From Octopus bimaculoides (lineage: Eukaryota): a DNA stretch of 64,000 nt. The position numbers were made by a program, and so were the translations under genes. The notes beneath the pieces were generated by a model. It ran no database searches, was not told the DNA's origin, and saw only the letters and a list, made by a program, of their open reading frames with translations. Location of the stretch: positions 115,034,034 through 115,098,033 of the forward strand of contig NC_068985.1 of assembly GCF_001194135.2 (NCBI RefSeq). The letters run 5' to 3'. Shown piece by piece: positions 12,640 to 25,227 of this stretch (its first letter is position 1; the number at the start of each line of letters is the position of its first letter).

Positions 12640-14100
12640 AGCCTAGCAGAATCAGATGCAGGCAGGGCAAAATGCTAACCAGCAATTTGTCCATTATTAT
12701 GTTCTGAGTTCAAACAACGCCTTTGCGAGTCGATAAAATAAATAGCACTTGAGCACTGGAGTTGATGTAATCGACTTACTTCTTCCCCCTCAAAATCGCC
12801 GGCTTTATGCTAAAATTTGAAATCACTATCATAGGTACACTAAGGCGGCGTACTGGCAGAATAGTTTTTGTCTTAGACAAATGGCTTAGTGGCATTTCTC
12901 TCAGCTTTACGTTCTGAGTTCAAATTCCTCCGAGGTCGACTTTGTCTTTCATCTTTTCTGTTTCAATGAAATAATCACCATTTGAGCATTGAGGTTGATT
13001 TGTCTCTCGTACCAAAATGTCAGGCCTTGTACCTATAGTAGAAAGGATCATTATAGGAGCACTGTTTGATAAAATTGGTAGAGTAACAGACAAAATACCA
13101 TCCAGTATTGTGAATTATCGCTTTAACTTCGGATATGAAATCTCGCTATGTCTTTTATTCTTCTGTTTTCCACTTAAATACTTACCAGTCAAGTATAGAT
13201 GTTAATCAAATCGATTGTAAAATGTGACATTGTACTGTCATTTGTTTCAAATTTTGGCACAAGGTCAGCAATTTCGGGAGAGGGTGTAAACCGATCACAT
13301 CGATCCCGGTGCTCAACTACTTATTTTATAAAGACCGAAAATGTGAAAGTAAAATCGACTTCAGGGGAATTTGAACTCATAACGTGAAGACGGACGAAAT
13401 ACCTATTTCTTTACTGCCCGCAAGGGGCTACACACAGAGGGGACAAACAATGACAGACAAAGGGATTAAGTCGATTACATCGACCCCAGTGCGTAACTGG
13501 TACTTAATTTATCGACCCCGAAAAGATGAAAGGCAAAATTGTACTCAAAACGTAAGGGCAGACGAAATATCGCTAAGCATTTCGCCCGGAGTGCTAACGA
13601 TTCTGCCAGCTCGCCGCTTTCTAATGCTAATGCTAAAGCAGCATGCTGATGATTCTGCCAGCTTACTGGCTTTAACTTTGTAACCTATATTAGAGATTTA
13701 TATTAAGGCGGTGAGCTAGGAGAATCGTTACTGCGCCAGGAAAAACACTTAGCGGTATTTCTCCAGACTTTAAGTTCCGTGTTAAAATATCGTTGATATC
13801 ATTTTCCCTTTAATTATTCCATGATCAATAAAATAGATACCAGTTAAACACTGGGGTCGATGTAATCGCCTATCCCCCCCCCCCTGTCATACTGCAGGTC
13901 TTGTGCCAATTATATTAGTCCTACAAAGGAAGGCAGCAAGCTTGCAGAGTCGGAAAAATGCTTAATGGGTCAAATCCCGCTGAGATGAATTTTGCCTTGT
14001 ATCCCACAGGGATCGATAAACTAGAGAACCAGTCTTGTAGTGGGGTCGATTTAATCGACCTTCCTCTCGTCTCAAAATTGCAGGCCATGTCCTAAAATTA
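12640..14100. mobile_element. Cluster of family C tRNA-derived SINE copies in both orientations
   Basis: Repeated GTTCTGAGTTCAAATTCC…GAGGTCGACTTTG…CACTGGGGTCGATGTAATCG at about 12640-13060 (+), 13200-13620 (-), 13710-13900 (+) and 13930-14100 (-). Confidence 0.75.
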
Positions 14101-14755
14101 GAAAGAATTATTATTATAATTACTTGAGTTTTAGTTCGAAGAATCCGCAGAGGGGAGCCAATCAAACGGCAATGTGGTCGTTATGGATCTTTACGTACTG
14201 AGCATAAATCTCTTTGATTTCGACTTTCCATTTCATCTAACCCAAGTCTTTGAAATTAAGTACCAATCAAGTGCTGGATTCTATAAAATCGTCCGTCTTA
14301 TCCCACAAAGCTTTGAGACACGTTTATTAAAGGTTAAATGTTCTTAACGAAGGAGGGATGATACAGACAACTGACAAGTAGAATAGTTGTGCGTGTACAG
14401 CATTACATCAGTTAAACCAGCCGTACTTATCTCTCGAAGAAAAGAACCGGTATTTTATTACCTAATTAAACACTACCTTCACTTCCAACTGTCTTCTGAG
14501 AAGAGTCTGCCTCAAAGAATATTACAGTCTTCAACGAATTTTATATATAATTAACTTAGAATTACTCCAAATAATGAGAGTTTAAGAACTGCCAGTAGAA
14601 TGCAATCCCACATTCTATAATTCTTGTACAGCAGAACTGAATTAAGTTTTAAACGTTTTTCGTTTTTCTTTTAAAATTTAAGATGAATCATTGTAGGATT
14701 ATAATCCTTGTTAAGTTCTGTATGTTCAACCCTTGAAGTATATATATATATATAT

Positions 14756-14816
<61 letters not shown>

Positions 14817-14900
14817 GATTCTGCTAGCTCACTGCATTAATATAAAACTCAAGTAACTAAATTATCATTAATCCTCGCTCTCATCAAGGATACAGTACTC

Positions 14901-15130
14901 AAACTACCTGGTCACACTAAGCGAATGGCTTCTGACGTCAGCAAAGTCTGTGTGGAAGGAATGCTTAATGAAAACAGAAGCAGAGGTCGGAAACATAAGA
15001 GATGGAGAGATAATATCACAGCATGGACAAGTCTCGATATAATCTCCCCGAACGTCATGCCCAAATGTCGAATAATATGAAGACAACTATCTGGCATTAA
15101 TGCGTGTTCTGCTGCAGGCGGAGGTAACGG
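14901..15130 (+). mobile_element. RTE-clade LINE 3' end (5'-truncated)
   Basis: Translates KLPGHTKRMASDVSKVCVEGMLNENRSRGRKHKRWRDNITAWTSLDIISPNVMPKCRII*RQL. This matches the RTE C-terminal pattern GH..R…EG….RSRGR..KRWRDNI..WT and is followed by (TA)n. Confidence 0.75.
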
Positions 15131-15171
<41 letters not shown>

Positions 15172-15308
15172 TGACCACTAGGTGGACATCCAATATGCTA
15201 GAAAGAGGTCATCAACGACCCAACCACAAAGAAAAATAATGTTCTTCAGAAAATTGTCGTAAAACACAAGAACAGGACAAAATGAGAAATATACAGAATA
15301 AAGAATTA

Positions 15309-15378
15309 GCTGTGTACTGCAGTTTCGAACATTAACGTTTTACGTACGTAACAACATCCGTTTTCTCGTCAGCACAGC
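15309..15378 (-). ncRNA. Type I hammerhead ribozyme motif, canonical core
   Basis: Minus strand: GCTGTG-CTGACGA-GAAAACG…CGTTAATGTTC-GAAA-CTGCAG-TA-CACAGC. Stem I is 6 bp perfect, stem II is a bulged hairpin, stem III is the palindromic ACTGCAGT, and the cleavage triplet is GUA. Confidence 0.7.
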
Positions 15379-15569
15379 CGTTCTAGAATCAATATAATTT
15401 GCAGAACTATACACAATTCGTGTATAGTTTGCAGAACTATACACAATTACACAAGCAAATCAACACGTTAGAAAATCTTTTTAAGAGATGAAAGCAGTAA
15501 CTATATAGAGAAGTAATATCTATCGCCACTTAAACATGGCTGGTCTGTATATATCGTATAGATCGCTGA

Positions 15570-15755
15570 CCACAACATTCAAATTTTTTTCTCCGTGTTT
15601 TTCTCCTTGTTTTTCTCCTTATTTTTCTGTTGAAGAGCGTAGCTCGAAACGTTAAAGACATTCTCTATTCCCGAGCGTTAAACTAATACATCCTTTTGTT
15701 GTTTACACCACCTGTCCTCGTCTGTCGTTGTTTTTTTCGTAAATTCCCCCATATA
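15570..15755 (+). mobile_element. pLTR-like element with variant minimal hammerhead (copy 3)
   Basis: TTTT-CTGTTGA-A-GAGC-GTA-GCTC-GAAA-CG-TT-AAAGAC at 15623-15659, then CCCGAGCGTTAAACTAATACATCC…CACCACCTGTC…AATTCCCC(AT)n. Confidence 0.7.
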
Positions 15756-17068
15756 TNNNNNNNNNNNNNNNNNNNNNNNNNNNNNNNNNNNNNNNNNNNN
15801 NNNNNNNNNNNNNNNNNNNNNNNNNNNNNNNNNNNNNNNNNNNNNNNNNTATATATATATGTATGTGTGTACAGTAGCCCGTGTTTAAACGTTCTGAGTA
15901 TTGTAACGCTTTCTTTTTGTGAGTTCCAAGTTTCACCAGTGGTTGTAGAAAATTTGGAATGTGTACCATATTTGATGCATTGACCTCCGGGAAGAAATAT
16001 GTCCTGTGTATCATATGTGATACTCAAGCTGGGCAAAGAGTAAAGAGAAATATGGCTGTTATTTCTATCATGGAGAACGACCACTTAATAGCTCCCTCAT
16101 TGATCTGGAAGTAATGTTTATGAGCGAACTATACCATATGTCCTTCACCTATCTTTCTGTTAATTGTCTCGATAATATGCTGAAAAATTATTTTAATGGA
16201 TACCAGATTGATTTCAATTTTGTTTAGATAGTTTTTACTCTGGAGCTCATTAGCATTTATAATTTTGCTTATTTTTACCTTTTTTTTTCACTCTTTTGTT
16301 ACTCATCGTTTATTTCCTGCATTTTTAACGCCCAATCACGCCCTCTCAAATGCCCCCAAATATGTTACATGATCTCTCCCAATCTAACGATTTGTCCATG
16401 TAAATTTTTAGTTTAATGATACACGTTGCAATACATGGCAACGACGAGGCAACGAAGAAGTCTCTCACTAGTCAATGGAGGGAGCCTTTACATGGTCCCC
16501 CGACTTGGCAGAAACACAGTCGAATCTCCCGCACTTCATAGATTACCATTTAGTAAAAGGCTGGAAAAATTTACATTCGAAAATATGTAGAATGGACAGG
16601 GCTGCATAGTAAAGAAGAAGAAGAAGAAGAAGAAGAAGAAGAAGAAGAAGAAGAAGAAGAAGAAGAAGAAGAAGAAAACAACAACAACAACAACAACAAC
16701 AACAAAAACGACAACACTTGTAACATGCTCACACTAATTTTAAACAATAACACAAATTATATATTCAAAGGATTTATCATTAAATCAGATTACGTCTTTG
16801 CTAATCTTATCCTGAAACATCGAAACTTTCCAGATCTTTTATTTTTGTCTTTTATCTTGTATTTGTTTCAGTCATTGGACTCCGGCCATGCTGGAGCTTT
16901 CCGGGAATGGCTTAGCTAGGTAGATCGACCGCCATACTTATATTTTGTTTTTGTCTGATAACTCTGGTACTTATGCCGTCTCTTTTGCTGAACAGCTTAG
17001 TTACGAGATCATAGACAAACCAGCAATGCTAGGGGCAAACACCCCATTCACACGCACACACACACACG

Positions 17069-17116
<48 letters not shown>

Positions 17117-17402
17117 CGTATATGCCCGGTTTCTTTCAGCTTCTGTCCTCTAGATCCGCTCACAAAGCTTAGTTGCGAATCTAGTTTCACTCCACTGCGA
17201 TCTTCAGGTGAGGACTAAAGATCACAAAACGTGAAGGTCAAATTGTAATATATACGTTCAGCTGCCTGTAATCTTGACACAATGTAAGCAACGCCCGATT
17301 CCGTTGATTACATCAACGCCAGTATTGGACTGATCATTAATTTTGTCGAACTCAAAAGGAAAAAAAGACAAAGGTGGCCACAGCAAAAATTACGTACACA
17401 CG

Positions 17403-17455
<53 letters not shown>

Positions 17456-18321
17456 ACATATATATATNNNNNNNNNNNNNNNNNNNNNNNNNNNNNNNNN
17501 NNNNNNNNNNNNNNNNNNNNNNNNNNNNNNNNNNNNNNNNNNNNNNNNNNNNNNNNNNNNNNNNNNNNNNNNNNNNNNNNNNNNNNNNNNNNNNNNNNNN
17601 NNNNNNNNNNNNNNNNNNNNNNNNNNNNNNNNNNNNNNNNNNNNNNNNNNNNNNNNNNNNNNNNNNNNNNNNNNNNNNNNNNNNNNNNNNNNNNNNNNNN
17701 NNNNNNNNNNNNNNNNNNNNNNNNNNNNNNNNNNNNNNNNNNNNNNNNNNNNNNNNNNNNNNNNNNNNNNNNNNNNNNNNNNNNNNNNNNNNNNNNNNNN
17801 NNNNNNNNNNNNNNNNNNNNNNNNNNNNNNNNNNNNNNNNNNNNNNNNNNNNNNNNNNNNNNNNNNNNNNNNNNNNNNNNNNNNNNNNNNNNNNNNNNNN
17901 NNNNNNNNNNNNNNNNNNNNNNNNNNNNNNNNNNNNNNNNNNNNNNNNNNNNNNNNNNNNNNNNNNNNNNNNNNNNNNNNNNNNNNNNNNNNNNNNNNNN
18001 NNNNNNNNNNNNNNNNNNNNNNNNNNNNNNNNNNNNNNNNNNNNNNNNNNNNNNNNNNNNNNNNNNNNNNNNNNNNNNNNNNNNNNNNNNNNNNNNNNNN
18101 NNNNNNNNNNNNNNNNNNNNNNNNNNNNNNNNNNNNNNNNNNNNNNNNNNNNNNNNNNNAAGAGATTCAACATTTTTGGAAAAAGAAAAAAAAATGTCTT
18201 TTGTATTTTTTTGTTGTCAGCTGACCGTATAATTATTTTAAATAATATAATTATTTTTAGTTGCCTAGATTTATTTGACTTATAACAATAACTATGTGAA
18301 ATAAAAGAAAATAAGGAGAAA

Positions 18322-18392
<71 letters not shown>

Positions 18393-18855
18393 TGTGATAG
18401 TAATATAGCATCAGGAAATATTAAATGTAGTAAATGAAAGAAAATGAAAGAAAACTGAGGGAACGATCAAAATAATAACAACAAAAGCGAAAATAATAAC
18501 AACAAAATAGAAAAAAATAAAAGTTTTAATGAGGATATTTTACAAACAAAGAAATTATGAAATCGTTGTTTTTTATTTATTATTTACTTTTTTGTTTGCT
18601 TTTCATTTTTGAATATTATTTTTTTTCATTCTGTAACAAACATCGCTTTAGATAATGGTTTTAGATAAACCATTGACGTGTTAACTGGAAATATAAATGT
18701 TAGCACTGCCGTTGTTTTGGTGGTCCAAAGTTCACCGAACCATCCATCCACATACACATGCAAATATACACACACATTCACACACACACACACATACACC
18801 CACACACACAAAGGCACACAGCTCTCTCTTGCTGCCTGTCTGTCTGTCGCTCTCA

Positions 18856-18891
<36 letters not shown>

Positions 18892-19594
18892 TACACACTT
18901 GCAAATACGCAAAAGTCCTTGTTATCTTTCTTCATCTCTTTTTCTTTTTTCTCTCCCAACATCGTGGCACCCTTCATTATCTTTCTAATTAATCTTCCTC
19001 CATCACACTCTTTTATAGCGCCTATTCTTTCATCTCTATTTCTTTCTGTATTTCCTCCTTCCTCCACCTTCTTCCTCTCCCCCTCTTTTCTTCTATCTAT
19101 CTTTCTATCTATCTATCTATCTATCAATTTTTTATTCAGTCTATCTTTTACTCTCTCTCCTTCACTACATGGTGCCCAGTCAACAAACAACCTTCTGCGC
19201 AGTCATTCAACCTGCTAGAAATATCAACCAAATTTCCCTCAAATAACAGTAAAAAATGGAACGTTGACGGAATGGTTATAGCTGGAACATTTTTGATCAT
19301 AATTCTTCTCGATCAAATTTGTACTGGAATACAATAACAATAATAACAGCAGCACTACCATCATCACCACCACCACCACTACCACCATCATCATTACCAC
19401 CACCACCATTCTTTCTAAGTCTAGTTCTTACTCTATCGGTTTCTTTTGTTGGAGCGCAGAGTTATGGGAGACATAAACACAGATACAGAGCGACAGACAC
19501 ACACACACACACACACACAAAGACAACTTACTTCTTTCAGTTTTCGTCAAATTCACTCACAAAATTTTGGCCGGCCCGAGGCTATAGTGGATAT

Positions 19595-19956
19595 ATATAT
19601 AGGTGAGAATTCACAAAAAACAAAAGACGAAGACAGGTGGTGTAGAAAACAAACAAATGAATTAGTATTACGCTCGGGAAGTGAAAACGTCTTTAACGTT
19701 TCGAGCCTACGCTCTTCTACAGAAAGGAACACAAAAAGAAACAAGGAGAGAAACACCGAGCGAAAAAAGGAAAGAAAAAAAGAATGTGTAGTGGCTAACG
19801 AATCCTTGTTTCTTTCTGAGTTCCTTTCTGTGGAAGAGCCTAGGCTCGAAACGTTAAAGACTATTTCACTTCCCGAGCGTTATAGTAATACATCCGTTTG
19901 TTTTCTACACCACCTGTCTTCGTCTTTTGTTTTTTTTGTGAATTCTCCCTATATAT
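19595..19956. mobile_element. Head-to-head inverted pair of the HHR-bearing element (copies 4 and 5), fold-back
   Basis: Arms at about 19595-19747 and 19803-19956 are reverse complements at high but imperfect identity, with a 55-bp spacer. Both arms end in GTGAATTCTC(A/C)C(C)TATATA. Confidence 0.85.
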
Positions 19957-21632
19957 CACTCAACTTATTAAGTCTTTCCCTTCGTTTATCTCTCCCTCTC
20001 TCCCCCTTTCCTAACAAAGCTTTTCGCTCTACTGCCCTAATAATTCCTAATTCATTACTTTTTACCTTTCATTCCCCTTACTATATCTCGCATTACCATT
20101 CTCTCCAAATCGATTTGATCTTTCAGCTTTCACTTGTTTCTTTCCTTCCTCTTTCCCTTCCAGCTCTTTCCTTTCTTTTCTACCTTTATTTCTCCCATTT
20201 TTCTTCATACCCCTTACACTCTCTCTTGCTCACATTTATTTAACTTCTATTCCATTCCAGTCTCTTAATTATCCTCCCAGCTTACCCATTAATGTCTTCT
20301 TTTCCCCACCTCCTTAGCAGTTTTTTCTCATCTTACACAAATATTAACCCTTTTTTCCGGAATTACAAAGATCCATGGCACTTAGGTCTGTTTCATATCA
20401 GTTATTCCGTTACGTTAAGCAGATGAGAGATAGCCCTTTCTTTGGATAGGACGATTCACTATCGCAGTTAGCGTTTCTCGTGGGAAGAATTTCAATTTGT
20501 TGCAACATATCAACGAATCACTCGACAATTCGACTCTGTTGCTGATTTAACAATCTCCATTATCTTATCCCTGCCCTCTCTCTATCCCGCACATCCCTGC
20601 TCTCCATCGAACCCCACCAGCCATGCTCTCCATCTATCTCCTTCATCCTTGCTCAGTCCTACCCCTATCCCTCTCATTCTTGCTCTCCGTCTATCCTCTC
20701 ATTGCTGATCACCATCTATCTCCTTCACCCATGTCCTCCATTTATCTACCACAACCCTTCTCTTTCCCTACCCACCTTAGCGCTGCCTTCCATCTTTCCC
20801 CTCAGCCCTGCTTTCTATATATAGACTTCACCTCTGTCCCCCATTTATCCATCTTATCCTTGTCCTTCATCTACCCACCTAACCCCATCTTATTCTATTC
20901 GTCCAATTTTGATTTCGTTTCCATTTCTATTCTTCACCTTTATCTTCTTTTAGAGGTGTGATTCGTTAAAGCGTTAGAATACAAGGTTGGATCAACCCAA
21001 AACCAAGCAAAGTTTTCGATTCTCTTAAATGTTGAGTACTTCACTGCTGTGCTATGTCATTGACTATGAGCCCTTAACACCTTGACAGAATCCTAGGGAC
21101 ACAATGTGACCTACGGTGTGTTTTGGCAAATTTTATATCTGGCGGAGCACATTAATCTCTAAGTCTAACAACATCCAAGTTTTTATTCTTGCAGAAAAGA
21201 GAAAAAGATAAATAGAAAGAAGTCTATAGAGAACGAGAAGAATCGACACCAGTACAAGAAGGAAGATACTTTATTTTATTGATTCCGATAGGATCAAAGG
21301 CAAAATCTTTGATCTGTGTACTTGTTTCTAATTATTTCATTATATTCTGAGCCAAATATGAAAATTCAGCTTACTCTTGTATTCATATCTAGATGTACAA
21401 AAGTATTAACACATAATCATAAGATAGTAAAATTCTGTTGCTTGCTAAATGACTATATTTATTATGTTCAGTGGAAATTTTTTAAATGTTCATTTAGAAA
21501 TGGCAAGATGTTGATCAATGGCGTGATTTGAACCTAAAGCGTAATGAGCCGCAATCATTACCGCAAAGCAATTTATCCGATGCTCTGAAGACTCTGCCAG
21601 CTGCCAACCTGACTTTACTTGTTGTTGTTGTT

Positions 21633-21951
21633 GGCACTCCGTCGCTTACGATGACGAGGGTTCCAGTTGATCCGATCAACGGAACAGCCTGCTCGTGAAA
21701 TTAACGTGCAAGTGGCTGAGCACTCCACAGACACGTGTACCCTTAACGTAGTCCTCAGGGATATTCAGCGTGACACAGTGTGACAAGGCTGACCCTTTGA
21801 ATGACAGGCACAACAGAAACAGGAAGTAAGAGTGAGAGAAAGTTGTGGTGAAAGAGTACAGTAGGGTTCGCCACCATCCCCTGCCGGAGCCTCGTGGAGC
21901 TTTTAGGTGTTTTCGCTCAATAAACACTCACAACGCCCGGTCTGGGAATCG
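21633..21951 (-). mobile_element. Family A SINE (5' end in gap)
   Basis: Reverse complement of the 9462-9808 body and tail, with a (CAA)n tail. Confidence 0.9.
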
Positions 21952-22326
21952 NNNNNNNNNNNNNNNNNNNNNNNNNNNNNNNNNNNNNNNNNNNNNNNNN
22001 NNNNNNNNNNNNNNNNNNNNNNNNNNNNNNNNNNNNNNNNNNNNNNNNNNNNNNNNATGAGTAAATAGTATTTTCTACTATAGGAACACGGCCTGTCATT
22101 TTGTTGCGAGGGGGCTAGTCGATTATATCGACGCCTGTGCTCAACTGATACTACTTTTATCGACCCCGAAAGAGATGAAAGGGAAGGTCGACGGAATTGG
22201 GCGGAATTTGAATTCAGAGCGTAAAAAGGGACAAAATGCTGTAAAGCGTTTTATCCGGCGTGCTTGTGATTCGACCACCTCACTAACTTAATATGAATAA
22301 ATAATACCAGGTTGGTATATAAACTC

Positions 22327-22650
22327 GTGGAGGCGCAATGGCCCAGTGGTTAGGGCAGCGGACTCGCAGTCATAGGATCGCGGTTTTGATTCCCACACCG
22401 GGCATTGTGGGTGTTTATTGAGCGAAAACACCTTTCACCACAACTCACTCTTACTTCCTGTTTTTGTTGTGCCTGTAATTCAAAAGGTCAGCCTTGTCAC
22501 ACTTTGTGACGCTGAATATCCCCCGAGAACTACGTTAAGAGTACACGTGTCTGTGGAGTGCTCAGCCACTTGCACGTTAATTTCACGAGCAGGCTGTTCC
22601 GTTGATCGTATCAACCGGAACACTCGACGTCGTAAGCGACAGAGTGCCAA
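22327..22650 (+). mobile_element. Family A SINE with internal deletion
   Basis: Same head and tail as 9462-9808; lacks the CTAAAAGCTCCACGAGG…CCCT segment present in the 21.9 kb copy. Confidence 0.9.
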
Positions 22651-22884
22651 CACACATATAAACTCACTTCTGAAAGTAGTGATAACACTGGAGAAATTGT
22701 CACACTAATATTTCATTCACTAACATTACAGTTACAGAGCTAAGTGCAGTTGGTGTTTTAGTCTAGCCCCAGGTCAAACTTCATGGAGCAGGTGTTCGTT
22801 TAAAAACATTCCAGTTTATTCTAATCGTGACTACCTCAATTGTTTTACTATTAAATAACTCAACATTACCTTATGTAGAGACGC

Positions 22885-23074
22885 GCCTGTGTGATAAGAA
22901 GCTTGCTTCCCAACCACGTAATTCCGGGTTCAGTCCCACTGCATGGCAACTTGGCCAAGTATCTTCTGCTATAGCCTCGGGGCAATCAAAGCCTTGTGAG
23001 TGGATTTGATAGGCGGAAACGGAGGGAATCCCGTCGTATATATATATACATACATACATATACACGCATATATA

Positions 23075-23123
<49 letters not shown>

Positions 23124-24310
23124 NNNNNNNNNNNNNNNNNNNNNNNNNNNNNNNNNNNNNNNNNNNNNNNNNNNNNNNNNNNNNNNNNNNNNNNNNNNNN
23201 NNNNNNNNNNNNNNNNNNNNNNNNNNNNNNNNNNNNNNNNNNNNNNNNNNNNNNNNNNNNNNNNNNNNNNNNNNNNNNNNNNNNNNNNNNNNNNNNNNNN
23301 NNNNNNNNNNNNNNNNNNNNNNNNNNNNNNNNNNNNNNNNNNNNNNNNNNNNNNNNNNNNNNNNNNNNNNNNNNNNNNNNNNNNNNNNNNNNNNNNNNNN
23401 NNNNNNNNNNNNNNNNNNNNNNNNNNNNNNNNNNNNNNNNNNNNNNNNNNNNNNNNNNNNNNNNNNNNNNNNNNNNNNNNNNNNNNNNNNNNNNNNNNNN
23501 NNNNNNNNNNNNNNNNNNNNNNNNNNNNNNNNNNNNNNNNNNNNNNNNNNNNNNNNNNNNNNNNNNNNNNNNNNNNNNNNNNNNNNNNNNNNNNNNNNNN
23601 NNNNNNNNNNNNNNNNNNNNNNNNNNNNNNNNNNNNNNNNNNNNNNNNNNNNNNNNNNNNNNNNNNNNNNNNNNNNNNNNNNNNNNNNNNNNNNNNNNNN
23701 NNNNNNNNNNNNNNNNNNNNNNNNNNNNNNNNNNNNNNNNNNNNNNNNNNNNNNNNNNNNNNNNNNNNNNNNNNNNNNNNNNNNNNNNNNNNNNNNNNNN
23801 NNNNNNNNNNNNNNNNNNNNNNNNNNNNNNNNNNNNNNNNNNNNNNNNNNNNNNNNNNNNNNNNNNNNNNNNNNNNNNNNNNNNNNNCTTTGTGGTATGT
23901 GGCTTGCTTACCAACCACATGGTACTGCGTTCGGTTCCACTGCGTGGCACATTGGGTAAGTTTCTTTTATTATGGTTTCAGGCCAACCAAAACCTTGTGA
24001 GTGGATTTGGTAGACGGAAACTGAATGAAGCCCGTCGTATATATATATGTGTGTGTGTGTTTATTTGTCCCCTCACCATCACTTGTCAGCCGATGTTGGT
24101 TTGTTTACGTCCCCGTAACATAGCGGTTTGGCAAAATAGTCTGATAGAATAAGTACTAGGCTTACAAAGAATAAGTTCTGGAGTCGATTTGTTCGACTAA
24201 AGGTGGTGCTCCAGCATGGCCGCAGTCAAATGACTGAAGCAGATAAAAGAATATATATGTGTGTGTGTGTGTATGTGGTGGCCGCAGTCAAATGAGTGAA
24301 ACGAATAAAA
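22885..24310 (+). mobile_element. Family B SINE copies flanking a (TA)n-bounded assembly gap
   Basis: A head at 22885-23040 runs into (TA)n and the gap. A second copy at 23890-24255 has a duplicated 3' terminal segment (GGCCGCAGTCAAATGA twice). Confidence 0.8.
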
Positions 24311-24697
24311 GAATAAATAAGGTGAGACAACTACATTGTTGTCTTCAGTGTTTATATATAGTACACCACTGCTGTGTTCAGTTGGCAGTTGTTTCTCATC
24401 CTTTTACCGTTATTAAGCAGCAAAAACAGACTCACCCTTGTCACTCAACAAACAATTAGCTCGTAACGAGCAGGAAGTGTTGACAAAGTGATATCTAAAA
24501 TTAGCAAATTCATAAGGACCGAGCTCTTTGAAGACATTGTTAGTTTCAACGGAACCACTCAAGCATACAAGAAGTGTCAGCCTGTCTTCTTAAGAATATG
24601 AAGAAAATATTTCTTTAAATAGAATATCGCTAAATGCTTAAAACCTTTTATTTTTATGCTTAATTAAATTAAATTTATTATTAGACGTCCGGAAGCC

Positions 24698-25227
24698 GGC
24701 GAGCGGGGAGAATCGTTAGCACACCGTATAAAATGCTTTGTGGTATTTTGTATCTCTTTACGTTCTGAGTTCAAATTCCGCCGAGGTCGACTTCATCTTT
24801 TATCTTTTCGGGGGCAATAAATTAAGTACAATAAAATAAGTATTATTTCGGAGTTGATAAATTAAGTACCAGTTACGCACTGCGGTCGATGTAATCGACT
24901 TAATCCCTTTGTCTGTCCTTGTTTGTCCCCTCTATGTTTAGCCCCATGTGGGCAATAAAGAAACAAGAAACGTTAGTACACCGGGCGAAATGCTTAGCGG
25001 TATTTCGTCTGCCGTTACGTTCTGAGTTCAAATTCCGCCGAGATCGACTTTACCTTTCATCCTTTCGGGGTCGATTAAATAAGTACCAGTTACGCACTGG
25101 GGTCGATATAATGGACTTAATCTGTTTGTCTGTCCTTGTTTGTCCCCTCTGTGTGTAGCCCCATGTGGGCAATAAAGAAATAAGAAACGTTAGCACACTG
25201 GGCGGAATGCTTAGCGGTATTTCGTCT
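24698..25227 (+). repeat. Head-to-tail tandem array of family C SINE monomers (about 217-bp period)
   Basis: GAAACGTTAG recurs at 24967 and 25184 with near-identical intervening units; the array runs into the gap. Confidence 0.85.

Noticed and set aside
24698-25227. CRISPR-like or regularly spaced repeat array
   Set aside because: Whole units repeat with no unique spacers, the context is eukaryotic, and there are no cas genes.
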